Assembly: GCA_048270185.1 (NCBI GenBank) | Contig: JBLWTJ010000004.1 | Span: 221,654-285,653, forward strand | Length of the DNA: 64,000 nucleotides | Direction: 5' to 3' | DNA from: Bacteriovoracaceae bacterium | GTDB taxonomy: Bacteria > Bdellovibrionota > Bacteriovoracia > Bacteriovoracales > Bacteriovoracaceae | In this document: piece by piece, positions 19,037-28,406 of the stretch | Numbering within the stretch: the first letter of the stretch is position 1 | Layout of the letters: the number at the start of each line of letters is the position of its first letter | Program-made: the position numbers and the translations under genes | Notes under the pieces: model-generated | Told to the model about the DNA's origin: nothing | The model's database searches: none | What the model saw: the letters and a program-made list of their open reading frames with translations, nothing else

Positions 19037-20550
19037 TGGAGATGCGTATGCATAAGGTTTTAGTAGTTGATGATGATAAAGTTTTACAAAGCTCCGTAAA
19101 AGAAGCTTTAGAATTTCATCACTTTGCGGTTGATGTCGCTGATAATGGTAAAGAAGCACTAGGTGCTGTTTATAAAACAAAATATGATCTTGTCGTTATG
19201 GACGTCAATATGCCAGAAATGGATGGTATTGAAGCATTAACTGAGATTAAAAAACATGACCCTTCAGTTATCGTTATTATTCTAACTGCCTATTCAAATG
19301 TTACAGATGCAGTAAAAGTAGTTAAAGAGGGTGCATACAATTATCTTGAGAAACCTATCAGCTCAGATAATTTAGTTTCACTAATTAAAAGAGCACTAAA
19401 AGCAAGATCTCTTGTTGAAACTGTTGGTTTCTCTGCACCAGTCCTTTCATTAGGAGATACGAAGAATAAATTCGTAGGTGAATCAGATGTCATGCAAAAA
19501 GTTTTCAACGTTATCGGAAAGCTTGCTCAAGTAAATACTCCAGTTCTTATTCGTGGTGAATCAGGTACAGGTAAAGAACTTGTAGCGCGTGCTATTCACT
19601 ATAATGGCCCACGTAAAGATGAGAAATTTGTAACAATTAACCTAGCAGCAATTCCTGAAAACTTAATTGAGTCAGAACTATTTGGGCATGAGAAAGGTGC
19701 TTTTACTGGTGCAAGTGAAAGAAAGATTGGAAAGTTTCAATTTGCTGATGGCGGTACTTTATTTTTAGATGAAATTGGTGATGTCTCTCCTACAATGCAA
19801 GTTAAACTTCTACGAGTACTACAAGAAGGTACATTTACACCGGTTGGATCTAATCGTGAAATAAAAGCTGACGTGCGTGTTATCGCAGCTTCACACAAAC
19901 CATTTGAAAAGATGATTGATGAGGGAACGTTCAGAGAAGATTTATTCTATCGTTTAAATGTTCTGCCAGTATATCTTCCTCCTCTAAGGGAGCGAACTTC
20001 AGATATTCCACACCTTGTTGAATACTACGTTAAATACTTTAACAATGTTCACAATCTTCAAATATCAGGACTTGATGATGATGCAATGGCAATTATGAAA
20101 GGTCATGAGTGGCCTGGGAATATTCGTGAACTTAGAAACGTCATCGAACATTCATTTATTATTGAAAGCGGTGATGTAATTAAAGCCACATCACTTCCTG
20201 ATGGAATCAGAAAATCTGCAAGTGTCGAATCAAATTCAAACGATTCACAGGCCATTATTGATTATGAAGAAATAAAGGATTCTGTACTGACTGATGCTGG
20301 CCAAGACGAAAGACTTATTGCGAGCGCAGGTGGATATCAATTTGTATTTGCAACTACTGAAATTGATGGTGAGTTAAGACTGAACTTCTCTCAAGCAAAG
20401 GATATTTTTGAAAAAGAATTTATTATCCAAGCTTTAATTATTAATAAAGGTAAGATCAATCAGACTGCTCTTAAAGCAAATATTCCAAAGAAGACACTTC
20501 TTAGAAAAATTGAAAAGTACGAAATTAATCCTAAGGAATATTATCAATGA
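19036..20550 (+). CDS. Sigma54-dependent response regulator (NtrC family)
   Basis: Receiver (VVDDD, MDVNMPEMDG), GESGTGKE, GAFTGA, FLDEIG, WPGNIREL, C-terminal HTH. Confidence 0.96.
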   Translation: MEMRMHKVLVVDDDKVLQSSVKEALEFHHFAVDVADNGKEALGAVYKTKYDLVVMDVNMPEMDGIEALTEIKKHDPSVIVIILTAYSNVTDAVKVVKEGAYNYLEKPISSDNLVSLIKRALKARSLVETVGFSAPVLSLGDTKNKFVGESDVMQKVFNVIGKLAQVNTPVLIRGESGTGKELVARAIHYNGPRKDEKFVTINLAAIPENLIESELFGHEKGAFTGASERKIGKFQFADGGTLFLDEIGDVSPTMQVKLLRVLQEGTFTPVGSNREIKADVRVIAASHKPFEKMIDEGTFREDLFYRLNVLPVYLPPLRERTSDIPHLVEYYVKYFNNVHNLQISGLDDDAMAIMKGHEWPGNIRELRNVIEHSFIIESGDVIKATSLPDGIRKSASVESNSNDSQAIIDYEEIKDSVLTDAGQDERLIASAGGYQFVFATTEIDGELRLNFSQAKDIFEKEFIIQALIINKGKINQTALKANIPKKTLLRKIEKYEINPKEYYQ

Positions 20551-21047
20551 ATCGAATATGGCAGATGACTCTATTGATTGTTGCGATTTTGTTTCTTGAT
20601 CAATTTTCAAAAGGTGCAATTCAAACGAACTTCCAAGTCGGTGAGTCTGTGAATGTAATACCAGGATTTTTCAACCTTACTTATGTTAGGAATTCTGGGG
20701 TTGCATTTGGAATGGGACAAACTTTCCCTGATATTGTCAGAATGATTCTATTTAAAATTATTCCTGTCATTGCGTGTTTTTGGTTTGTTTATTTAATTTG
20801 GGATTCACGTAAGAAAAGCTATATGTTGTGTCTTGCTTATTCAATGATTTTTGCAGGTGCTGTCGGTAATCTTATCGACCGAATCTCTCTCGACTACGTT
20901 GTTGATATGTTTGACTTTTATTATGGAACATACCACTTTGCAGCCTTTAACGTAGCTGATGCATCGATTTCCGTTGCAGCTGGTATTTATATTGTTGATT
21001 ATTTTTTAACTGAATTTAGAAATAAAAAAGAAGCGCCTAATTCTTAG
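20547..21047 (+). CDS. lspA: Lipoprotein signal peptidase II
   Basis: LDQFSK, NSGVAFG, GAVGNLIDR, VVDMFD, FNVADASI. Confidence 0.95.
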   Translation: MNRIWQMTLLIVAILFLDQFSKGAIQTNFQVGESVNVIPGFFNLTYVRNSGVAFGMGQTFPDIVRMILFKIIPVIACFWFVYLIWDSRKKSYMLCLAYSMIFAGAVGNLIDRISLDYVVDMFDFYYGTYHFAAFNVADASISVAAGIYIVDYFLTEFRNKKEAPNS

Positions 21048-21052
21048 GCGCT
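21024..21052 (-). terminator. Hairpin at convergent gene ends
   Basis: AGCGCCTAA-ttc-TTAGGCGCT with A-run on the left. Confidence 0.5.
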
Positions 21053-21484
21053 CTCTTCTGTATTTTCTTCTTCTTGAATCTCTGGTTTTGTTTGAATTCC
21101 GTGCTCTTTATTAATTGCTTCTAGAGTTTCTTCAGATATATAAAGCTCTGAAGCTAGAGTTTCACGTCCCCAAACTGCGAAAGCATCATTGTGCTCATAC
21201 ATTGTAATTGTTTCCCAAGGGCAATCTTGAGAACAGTTTTGGCATCCAATACATCTTGCAAGGTCGATTTCAACTTTTTGATTAAATTGAGGGTTATTTG
21301 GATTTGGCCCAGGTACTAATTCAATTGAATCAACTGGACATCCTTGAATACAAATTTCACAACCAGTACACCCTGATTGGTGAACAACTGCAAGAAGCTT
21401 TGGGCCCTTCTTACCTTTACGGGCAGGTTTAAATCTTGCCGTATGATAAGGGTTTTCAACTAAAAATTTAACATCTTCGCTCAT
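21044..21484 (-). CDS. 4Fe-4S dicluster protein with N- and C-terminal extensions
   Basis: CTGCEICIQGCP and CIGCQNCSQDCP. Confidence 0.88.
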   Translation of the reverse strand: MSEDVKFLVENPYHTARFKPARKGKKGPKLLAVVHQSGCTGCEICIQGCPVDSIELVPGPNPNNPQFNQKVEIDLARCIGCQNCSQDCPWETITMYEHNDAFAVWGRETLASELYISEETLEAINKEHGIQTKPEIQEEENTEESA

Positions 21485-21655
21485 TAGCAATTCCTAATAC
21501 TTTGTTTAGTAGCAGTATTTTAACGTATATCAACGCATCATAAAAGGGATTTTTGCCTGATTAAAATACATTAGGTATAGTCCTTTAGCAATATTAGAAC
21601 ATAAAAACCTTGGGTTAAGAAAATATTTGACCTAATGTAATTTCAGGGGTTTACC

Positions 21656-24600
21656 GTGAGAAAGTTAAGATTCGTAACAGCGGCCAGTCTGTTTGATGGC
21701 CACGATGTATCAATAAATATTATGAGAAGACTACTTCAATCAAAAGGTGTTGAAGTAATTCACTTAGGGCACAACCGTTCTGCACAAGAAGTTGTTGATG
21801 CTGTTTTACATGAAGATGCACATGCTGTTGCTCTAAGTTCATATCAAGGCGGACATAATGAATACTTTGCTTATGTAAGAGAGTTACTAGATGAAGCAGG
21901 TGCGAAGAATGTTCGAATCTTCGGTGGCGGTGGTGGAGTTATTACACCAAAAGAAATCAAGGCCCTTCATGATAAAGGAATTACAAGAATATATTCTCCT
22001 GAAGATGGGATGAAGTTAGGTCTTGTTGGTATTATCGATGATATGATCGAGCGTGCGGGACATTCAACTCTTGAAGGCTTTGACCTAAAGCCAAGCACGA
22101 AGGATCTTTCAAAGTCAGCAATGGCGAAAATTATTACGGCCATTGAAGACGGAACTGATTTAGAAATCCCTGCTTCAGATAAAAAGGTACCAGTGCTTGG
22201 TATTACTGGGACAGGTGGTGCTGGGAAATCTTCTTTAATTGATGAAACACTTTTAAGATTTCATCGTTTCTATCCAGAAAAAAGAATAGCTCTTATTTCT
22301 GTTGATCCAACTAAGAAGAAAACACAAGGTGCTCTTCTTGGTGATCGAATTCGTCTAGGTTCTGCTAATTTTGAAAACTTCTATATTAGATCTCTTGCAA
22401 CTCGTGATTCTGGAACAGAGCTTTCACCACAGATTAAAAAAACAGTTAACTTTTTAAAAGAACAAGACTTCGATCTTATCATTGTCGAGACTTCAGGTAT
22501 TGGACAGGCCAGTGATGAGATTACTAAAGTTTCAGATAAGTGTATCTATGTAATGACTCCAGAATATGGAGCTGCTACACAGCTAGAAAAAATTGAAATG
22601 CTTGAGCAAGCTGATTTGATTGTTCTTAATAAGTTTGAAAAACCTCGCTCTGAAGATTCATTAAGAGATATTAGAAAGCAATATCGACGTAACCACGAGC
22701 TATTTGCAGGACATCCTGGCTCACCAACTGATGAAGAACTTCCTATTTTTGGAACAATGGCATCTAAGTTTAATGATGTAGGAGTAAATGCTCTTTTTGC
22801 TGAAATTGCAAAAACATTTGACTTCGACATGAAGCCTTTAGAGGGTATTAAGGCCGATCGTGCAAGTAATGATAAGACAAGAATTATTCCTGCTGAAAGA
22901 TCACTTTATCTACGAGAGGTAGCAAAAACTTGTCGAGATTATAATGATGAAACATCTATTCGTATGGAAAAGCTTCGAGATATTGAAGCACTCGAGATAA
23001 CTAAAAAGATTCTACCAAGTAAAGAGTTAGATCAAAAACTTTCTGAACTTAAGGCAGATCTTGGTGAAGATGTTGAAAAAGAGTTAGAACAGTTTCAATC
23101 TGTTTTAAAGCAATATCAAGATGGTACTTTCACTTACAAAGTTCGTGACCGTGAATTTAAAGTTGCCACAAAGTATACATCTCTTTCTGGACTTGAAATC
23201 CAAAAAGTAGGAACTCCAAGTTTTACATCTAAAGTTGATCAGTATCGTTTTATTAGAACTTCAAATCTTCCTGGATTCTTCCCATACACAGCTGGGATTT
23301 TCCCATTTAAAAGAACAGATGAAGATCCAAAGAGAATGTTTGCGGGAGAAGGTGGACCTGCTAGAACAAATAAACGTTTCCATTATTTATCTAAAGATGA
23401 CAACGCTAAAAGATTATCAACTGCATTTGATTCAGTAACTTTATATGGAGAAGATCCAGATCTTCGCCCAGATATCTTTGGTAAAATCGGTGAAGCAGGT
23501 GTTTCAATTGCAACAGTTGAAGATATGGAAATGTTATTTGATGGTTTCGATCTCTCTGATCCAATGACTTCTGTATCAATGACTATTAATGGCCCTGCTC
23601 CAATTATCTTAGCTTTTTATTTAAATACAGCTTTAAGGCAGAATCTTAAAGGTGAAGACTATTATAATGTCGAAAAGAGAATGGAAATTCTTCAAAAGAT
23701 AAGAGGAACTGTACAGGCTGATATCTTAAAAGAGGATCAGGCTCAAAATACTTGTATCTTCTCATTAGAATTTGCACTAAAGATGATGGGGGATGTTCAA
23801 CAATTCTTCTGTGAAAAGAAAATTAGAAATTATTATACTGTTTCAATTTCCGGTTACCATATTGCAGAAGCAGGAGCCAACCCGATTACTCAGGTAGCTT
23901 TCACTCTTGCTAATGGTTTCACTTTTGTTGAGTACTATCTGTCACGTGGATTAAATATTGATGAGTTCTCACAGAACCTATCGTTCTTCTTCTCAAATGG
24001 CCTTGACCCTGAGTATTCAGTCATTGGTCGCGTTGCTCGTAAGATCTGGGCAATTACAATGAGAGATAAGTACGGTGCAAATGATAAGTCTCAAAAATTT
24101 AAATATCATATTCAAACTTCTGGGCGTTCACTTCACGCACAGGAAATTGATTTCAATGATATTCGTACAACTCTACAAGCTTATTTGGCGTTATCTGATA
24201 ATTGTAATTCTCTTCACACAAATGCCTATGATGAGGCGATTACAACTCCAACTGAAGAGTCAGTAAGAAGAGCAATGGCGATTCAGATGATTATTAATCG
24301 TGAGTTCGGGCTTAATAAATCAGACAACCCAATGCAAGGTGCATATGTTTGTGAGGAGCTTTCTATTCTCGTTGAAGAAGCGATTCTTTCTGAGTTTGAA
24401 AGAATTTCAGATAAAGGCGGTGTTCTTGGGGCAATGGAAAGTATGTATCAGCGTTCTAAGATTCAAGAAGAGTCACTATATTATGAAACTCTAAAAGATT
24501 CTGGTGAACTTCCAATTATTGGGGTTAATACTTACATTGCTGATAATATTGATGAACAGTTAAACCAGGAAATTGAAATTTCACGTTGTTCAGATGAAGA

Positions 24601-24805
24601 AAAGAAAGACCAAATTAATCGTCTGAATAATTTCAAAGCTAAAAACAAAGATAAATCTGAAGAGGCTCTAGATCGTTTAAGACATGTAGCTCTCTCTGGT
24701 GGAAATATTTTTGCTGAACTTATTGATACGACAAATTATTGTTCATTAGGTGAGATCACAAATATGCTTTATGAAATTGGTGGAAAATATAGAAGGAATA
24801 TGTAA
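21656..24805 (+). CDS. icmF: Fused isobutyryl-CoA mutase / MeaB-like GTPase
   Basis: B12-binding DGHD, GTGGAGKSS, VETSGIGQ, NKFE, mutase barrel with RMFAGEG (Phe specificity residue). Confidence 0.96.
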   Translation: MRKLRFVTAASLFDGHDVSINIMRRLLQSKGVEVIHLGHNRSAQEVVDAVLHEDAHAVALSSYQGGHNEYFAYVRELLDEAGAKNVRIFGGGGGVITPKEIKALHDKGITRIYSPEDGMKLGLVGIIDDMIERAGHSTLEGFDLKPSTKDLSKSAMAKIITAIEDGTDLEIPASDKKVPVLGITGTGGAGKSSLIDETLLRFHRFYPEKRIALISVDPTKKKTQGALLGDRIRLGSANFENFYIRSLATRDSGTELSPQIKKTVNFLKEQDFDLIIVETSGIGQASDEITKVSDKCIYVMTPEYGAATQLEKIEMLEQADLIVLNKFEKPRSEDSLRDIRKQYRRNHELFAGHPGSPTDEELPIFGTMASKFNDVGVNALFAEIAKTFDFDMKPLEGIKADRASNDKTRIIPAERSLYLREVAKTCRDYNDETSIRMEKLRDIEALEITKKILPSKELDQKLSELKADLGEDVEKELEQFQSVLKQYQDGTFTYKVRDREFKVATKYTSLSGLEIQKVGTPSFTSKVDQYRFIRTSNLPGFFPYTAGIFPFKRTDEDPKRMFAGEGGPARTNKRFHYLSKDDNAKRLSTAFDSVTLYGEDPDLRPDIFGKIGEAGVSIATVEDMEMLFDGFDLSDPMTSVSMTINGPAPIILAFYLNTALRQNLKGEDYYNVEKRMEILQKIRGTVQADILKEDQAQNTCIFSLEFALKMMGDVQQFFCEKKIRNYYTVSISGYHIAEAGANPITQVAFTLANGFTFVEYYLSRGLNIDEFSQNLSFFFSNGLDPEYSVIGRVARKIWAITMRDKYGANDKSQKFKYHIQTSGRSLHAQEIDFNDIRTTLQAYLALSDNCNSLHTNAYDEAITTPTEESVRRAMAIQMIINREFGLNKSDNPMQGAYVCEELSILVEEAILSEFERISDKGGVLGAMESMYQRSKIQEESLYYETLKDSGELPIIGVNTYIADNIDEQLNQEIEISRCSDEEKKDQINRLNNFKAKNKDKSEEALDRLRHVALSGGNIFAELIDTTNYCSLGEITNMLYEIGGKYRRNM

Positions 24806-25359
24806 TGCCAAAATCAAAATTATACACTCGTACGGGTGATAAGGGTGAAACAAGTTTAGTTGGTGGTCAGAGAGTTTCAAAGGCCAGCTCACGCATTAAT
24901 CTTTATGGAAACCTAGATGAGCTTAATAGTTTTGTAGGGCTTGCACTTTGCTATATCGATGTTCATCGAGTTAAGAATACCTTCAAAAGTATTCAAGAAA
25001 ATATTTTCGTTCTCGGTTCTAACTTTGCAACACTCAAAGAAGACCGCGATAGTTATAATTTACCTAAATTAAAAGTGGACGATCTCCTTCATCTTGAAGC
25101 TGAGATCGATCACTTCGATTCAATTGTTGATCCTCTAAAATACTTTATTATGCCTGGTGGTAGTGTTGCTGCTTCTCATGTTCACATCTGTCGCACGAAA
25201 ACGCGCCAAATTGAAAGGGAAGCTGTTGAGTTAGGTGATGTTGAACCAATTGATTTAGAGTATCTAAACCGACTGTCCGATTACTTTTTTATAATCGCTA
25301 GATTTTTAAATAAGCATGAGAATATTCAAGATATTCCTTGGGTACCAAAGAAAGGCTAG
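24805..25359 (+). CDS. ATP:cob(I)alamin adenosyltransferase, PduO type
   Basis: KLYTRTGDKGET, YGNLDELNS, RQIER, YLNRLSDYFF. Confidence 0.95.
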   Translation: MPKSKLYTRTGDKGETSLVGGQRVSKASSRINLYGNLDELNSFVGLALCYIDVHRVKNTFKSIQENIFVLGSNFATLKEDRDSYNLPKLKVDDLLHLEAEIDHFDSIVDPLKYFIMPGGSVAASHVHICRTKTRQIEREAVELGDVEPIDLEYLNRLSDYFFIIARFLNKHENIQDIPWVPKKG

Positions 25360-25360
25360 G

Positions 25361-25912
25361 CTATTTAAATAATTTCATTATTTTAGTCATGACAGTTTTG
25401 TCTTCCTCTTCTTTCTTTTTGGGCTTTACTTTCTTGTTAACTTTTTTGACTGGCTTAGGCTTTAATTTATCACCACCCCTAAGCTTAGGCTGCTCAATAG
25501 ACAGCCCGTTAAGAGCGAGGAAGCCTGTTTGATCTGCTAGTACAGTAGATGTCGAGGTAACATCCTCCACGGCTTGATTTGGGTCCACAGGCCTTGTGAA
25601 TTGTTTAAACTCGATATCAGTCAGGTCTTCAAGACAAATTGTTATAAGGCAATTACCAATACGAACAGTTTCATAAACATAAAGTCGATGGCCTTCGATC
25701 TTTCGATTGTTAACGTAGGTGCCATTTGTCGAGCCGAGATCTTTTATATGGATCTCTTTATTCTCGTATGTGATTTCAAGGTGTTTTGACGATATTTTTG
25801 AATCATCTATACTGATATCAACTGAAGACTTAGAGCGTCCAAAAGTGAGTCTTGGCTTTATTAAAACCTTAGCTTTATTTTCTCCGCTCTTTATTATCAA
25901 TGATATAGACAT
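25361..25912 (-). CDS. FHA domain protein
   Basis: FGR...ISSKH...DLGSTNGTYVN. Confidence 0.9.
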   Translation of the reverse strand: MSISLIIKSGENKAKVLIKPRLTFGRSKSSVDISIDDSKISSKHLEITYENKEIHIKDLGSTNGTYVNNRKIEGHRLYVYETVRIGNCLITICLEDLTDIEFKQFTRPVDPNQAVEDVTSTSTVLADQTGFLALNGLSIEQPKLRGGDKLKPKPVKKVNKKVKPKKKEEEDKTVMTKIMKLFK

Positions 25913-26001
25913 TGTTTCTTGCTCCTATATAAAGTATATCATCATTATGTTATAATGGAGTTGTTGGATATTATTACCTACGCAATATCAAAGGTTTAAC
26001 T

Positions 26002-26337
26002 ATGAACGAGCTATTAAATGTAACGCCAAAAGCGTTGGCACAAATAAAAAATATTTTCGACGGAGAAGGACGATCAAAGTCGGACTTTGGATTACGTCTA
26101 GGTGTTATTGGTGGCGGCTGTTCTGGTCTTTCATATAATATTGATTTTGATGCTCCAAAGGACTCCGACAATATTATCAAGCTCGATGATATTCAAATCT
26201 TGATTGATCCAAAGTCATCGATTTACTTGAGTGGTATTACCCTCGACTTTAAGGATGGCCTTAATGGTAAGGGATTTGTGTTCGAGAACCCAAATGCTAA
26301 GAATACATGTGGATGTGGTGAGAGTTTTAGCGTTTAA
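26002..26337 (+). CDS. iscA: A-type Fe-S carrier (IscA/SufA/ErpA, HesB family)
   Basis: GGGCSGLSY, NPNAKNTCGCGESF. Confidence 0.93.
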   Translation: MNELLNVTPKALAQIKNIFDGEGRSKSDFGLRLGVIGGGCSGLSYNIDFDAPKDSDNIIKLDDIQILIDPKSSIYLSGITLDFKDGLNGKGFVFENPNAKNTCGCGESFSV

Positions 26338-26754
26338 CTACTTGGCCTTCTTCTTTATATTTACCATACTAAAATCAACATCTTCGGTTACATTCGTTAA
26401 GTCTTCGCCCCAGTAGTTCTCTGCTTCTCGCTTAGAAAAGAGACTAATTTCATTCTCGTTTAAAGATTTGCTATCAATGTAGATTTTAATGGAGCCGATT
26501 GAGATGATGTCATGAATAAAAAACTTCTGCTCCTTATCCAATTTTATTTGATTTAGATAAGTTCCATTTTTTGAACCTAGGTCGCGAACTATAACAGACT
26601 CCTTGTCATAGGTAATTTCGAAATGGGTCGATGAAACCTTAGGGTCATCAAGAACGATATCGACGTTATCTTTTCGACGTCCAAAAACAATCTTAGGCTT
26701 CGCCATAAGTCTTAATCTCTTTTCACTTGTTTCGATAATAAAATTAACTGACAT
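26338..26754 (-). CDS. FHA domain protein (paralogue of 25361-25912)
   Basis: FGR...VSSTH...DLGSKNGTYLN. Confidence 0.9.
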   Translation of the reverse strand: MSVNFIIETSEKRLRLMAKPKIVFGRRKDNVDIVLDDPKVSSTHFEITYDKESVIVRDLGSKNGTYLNQIKLDKEQKFFIHDIISIGSIKIYIDSKSLNENEISLFSKREAENYWGEDLTNVTEDVDFSMVNIKKKAK

Positions 26755-26882
26755 TACAGGCCCTTTCTTTGTTCTTGTTCACATCTTAAGTCAAATAGTC
26801 TTTATATTCTTATTAGTATATATTTATAATGACTTATATTTAAAGACGGCAATTTTATACGCCAAGAAAAATGGACTGCAAT

Positions 26883-28406
26883 ATGGCCTTAAGCGAACAA
26901 ATGATAAAAGAGACTCTCTATGATTTCTTCTTTAAATCTCAAGATTTTACACTTGATGACTATGAAGTTTATCAATTGGCAGGCGATGAGACTGGTGACT
27001 ATCTTCAAAGACAATTGACCGCAGATATAAAAAAAATTGAAAACTCAGCAGGATTGGCCTGTCGACTTGATCGCACGGGTCGAATATTCTCTTTCTTCTA
27101 CGTCATCAATATTGAAAATACATATTACATCGCCGTCATTAAAGATCTTGCAAGCGAAACAATTGATGAGCTTGAAAAGTTCATCATTATGGAAGATATA
27201 ACTATTTCAAAAACTGATTTTATTCCACATATCTATTCTCATCCTAATAAAGATACGGTTGAGATTAATTTCTATGATGGATTGGCCTACCTTGGGCTTA
27301 GCTTAGAGAGTTCACAAAATGTAGATAAAGTAGATGTACTTGATGTTCTAACTGGATGGCCCATACTTAACAAAACTATTGATCGAAAAAGCTTAATAAA
27401 TGAAACAAGGCTTAACGAGTTTGCAATTAGCTATAATAAAGGTTGCTTCCTCGGTCAAGAAACAGCTTCAAAAATTGAAAGTCGTCGAGGTGCAGCCAAG
27501 TATCCTGTGCTTGTAGAGTCGCAAGCTAAATTACCTGATGAAATAATGTTTAATGACAAAAAAGTTCAACTCTTAAATTCAGTAGAATTTAAAGGTTTAC
27601 ATTATTCTGTTGTAAAAGTTGGCCGCGAATTTTTAATTAATAATCTAGAAGTTGAATGTAATGGAGCTAAGGTTCATATATTTACGTATCCACTGTTTTC
27701 GACGGGAAAGAAAGAGATAAGTGAATATTATTATAATGAAGCAGTAAAACTTTTTCATGAATCAAAAAGAGAAGAAGCTCTTGCATTATTAGATGAAGTT
27801 ATTGCTTTTAATCCAGAGTATGCTGATGCTTATGAGTCTAAGGGAGTTATACTTGGTAATAATGGTGAACATCAAAAGGCAATTGAAGTTATGGATGAAT
27901 TATTGAAAGTCGATGAAAACTCAGTAATGGCCCATACCAATAAATCTTTATATCTTATGAAGCTTGGTAAGATTGAAGAAGCTGAAGAAGAGAAAGCCTT
28001 GGCAACAGTTGCTTCTTTCAAACGCTTTGGTAATGAAGCCAAGGAAAAACAGCTACGAGAAGAACAAGAAAGAGTAGCTAATGAAGAAAAAGCCCGTCGT
28101 TTTGAAATGTTTAACAAAGTCTTGGCCATCGATGAATTAGATGTTGTGGCCAATTTCGGTCTTGCCGATATTCACTTTAGTAATGAGAAATTTGATAAGG
28201 CCCTATCACATCTTGAAATTGTTTTGACCGAAAATACTAAGTATTCAGTTGCCTACTTACTAAAGGCGAAGATTTTATTTAAGCAAAAGAAGTATGATGA
28301 ATGTTTAAATGTTATTGAGAAGGGAATACCTGTTGCTACATCTCAAGGTGAGCTAATGCCAGCAAATGAAATGCAGTCACTAAAAGCTAAAATAGCTAAA
28401 ATCTAG
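26883..28406 (+). CDS. ygfZ: YgfZ/Iba57-family folate-binding Fe-S maturation protein fused to TPR modules
   Basis: YLQRQLTADI, ISYNKGCFLGQE signature; C-terminal half is TPR repeats; start may be 26871. Confidence 0.85.
   Translation: MALSEQMIKETLYDFFFKSQDFTLDDYEVYQLAGDETGDYLQRQLTADIKKIENSAGLACRLDRTGRIFSFFYVINIENTYYIAVIKDLASETIDELEKFIIMEDITISKTDFIPHIYSHPNKDTVEINFYDGLAYLGLSLESSQNVDKVDVLDVLTGWPILNKTIDRKSLINETRLNEFAISYNKGCFLGQETASKIESRRGAAKYPVLVESQAKLPDEIMFNDKKVQLLNSVEFKGLHYSVVKVGREFLINNLEVECNGAKVHIFTYPLFSTGKKEISEYYYNEAVKLFHESKREEALALLDEVIAFNPEYADAYESKGVILGNNGEHQKAIEVMDELLKVDENSVMAHTNKSLYLMKLGKIEEAEEEKALATVASFKRFGNEAKEKQLREEQERVANEEKARRFEMFNKVLAIDELDVVANFGLADIHFSNEKFDKALSHLEIVLTENTKYSVAYLLKAKILFKQKKYDECLNVIEKGIPVATSQGELMPANEMQSLKAKIAKI

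Noticed and set aside
21491..21655. Cobalamin riboswitch upstream of icmF
   Set aside because: Short AT-rich gap with no recognisable B12-box or conserved core.
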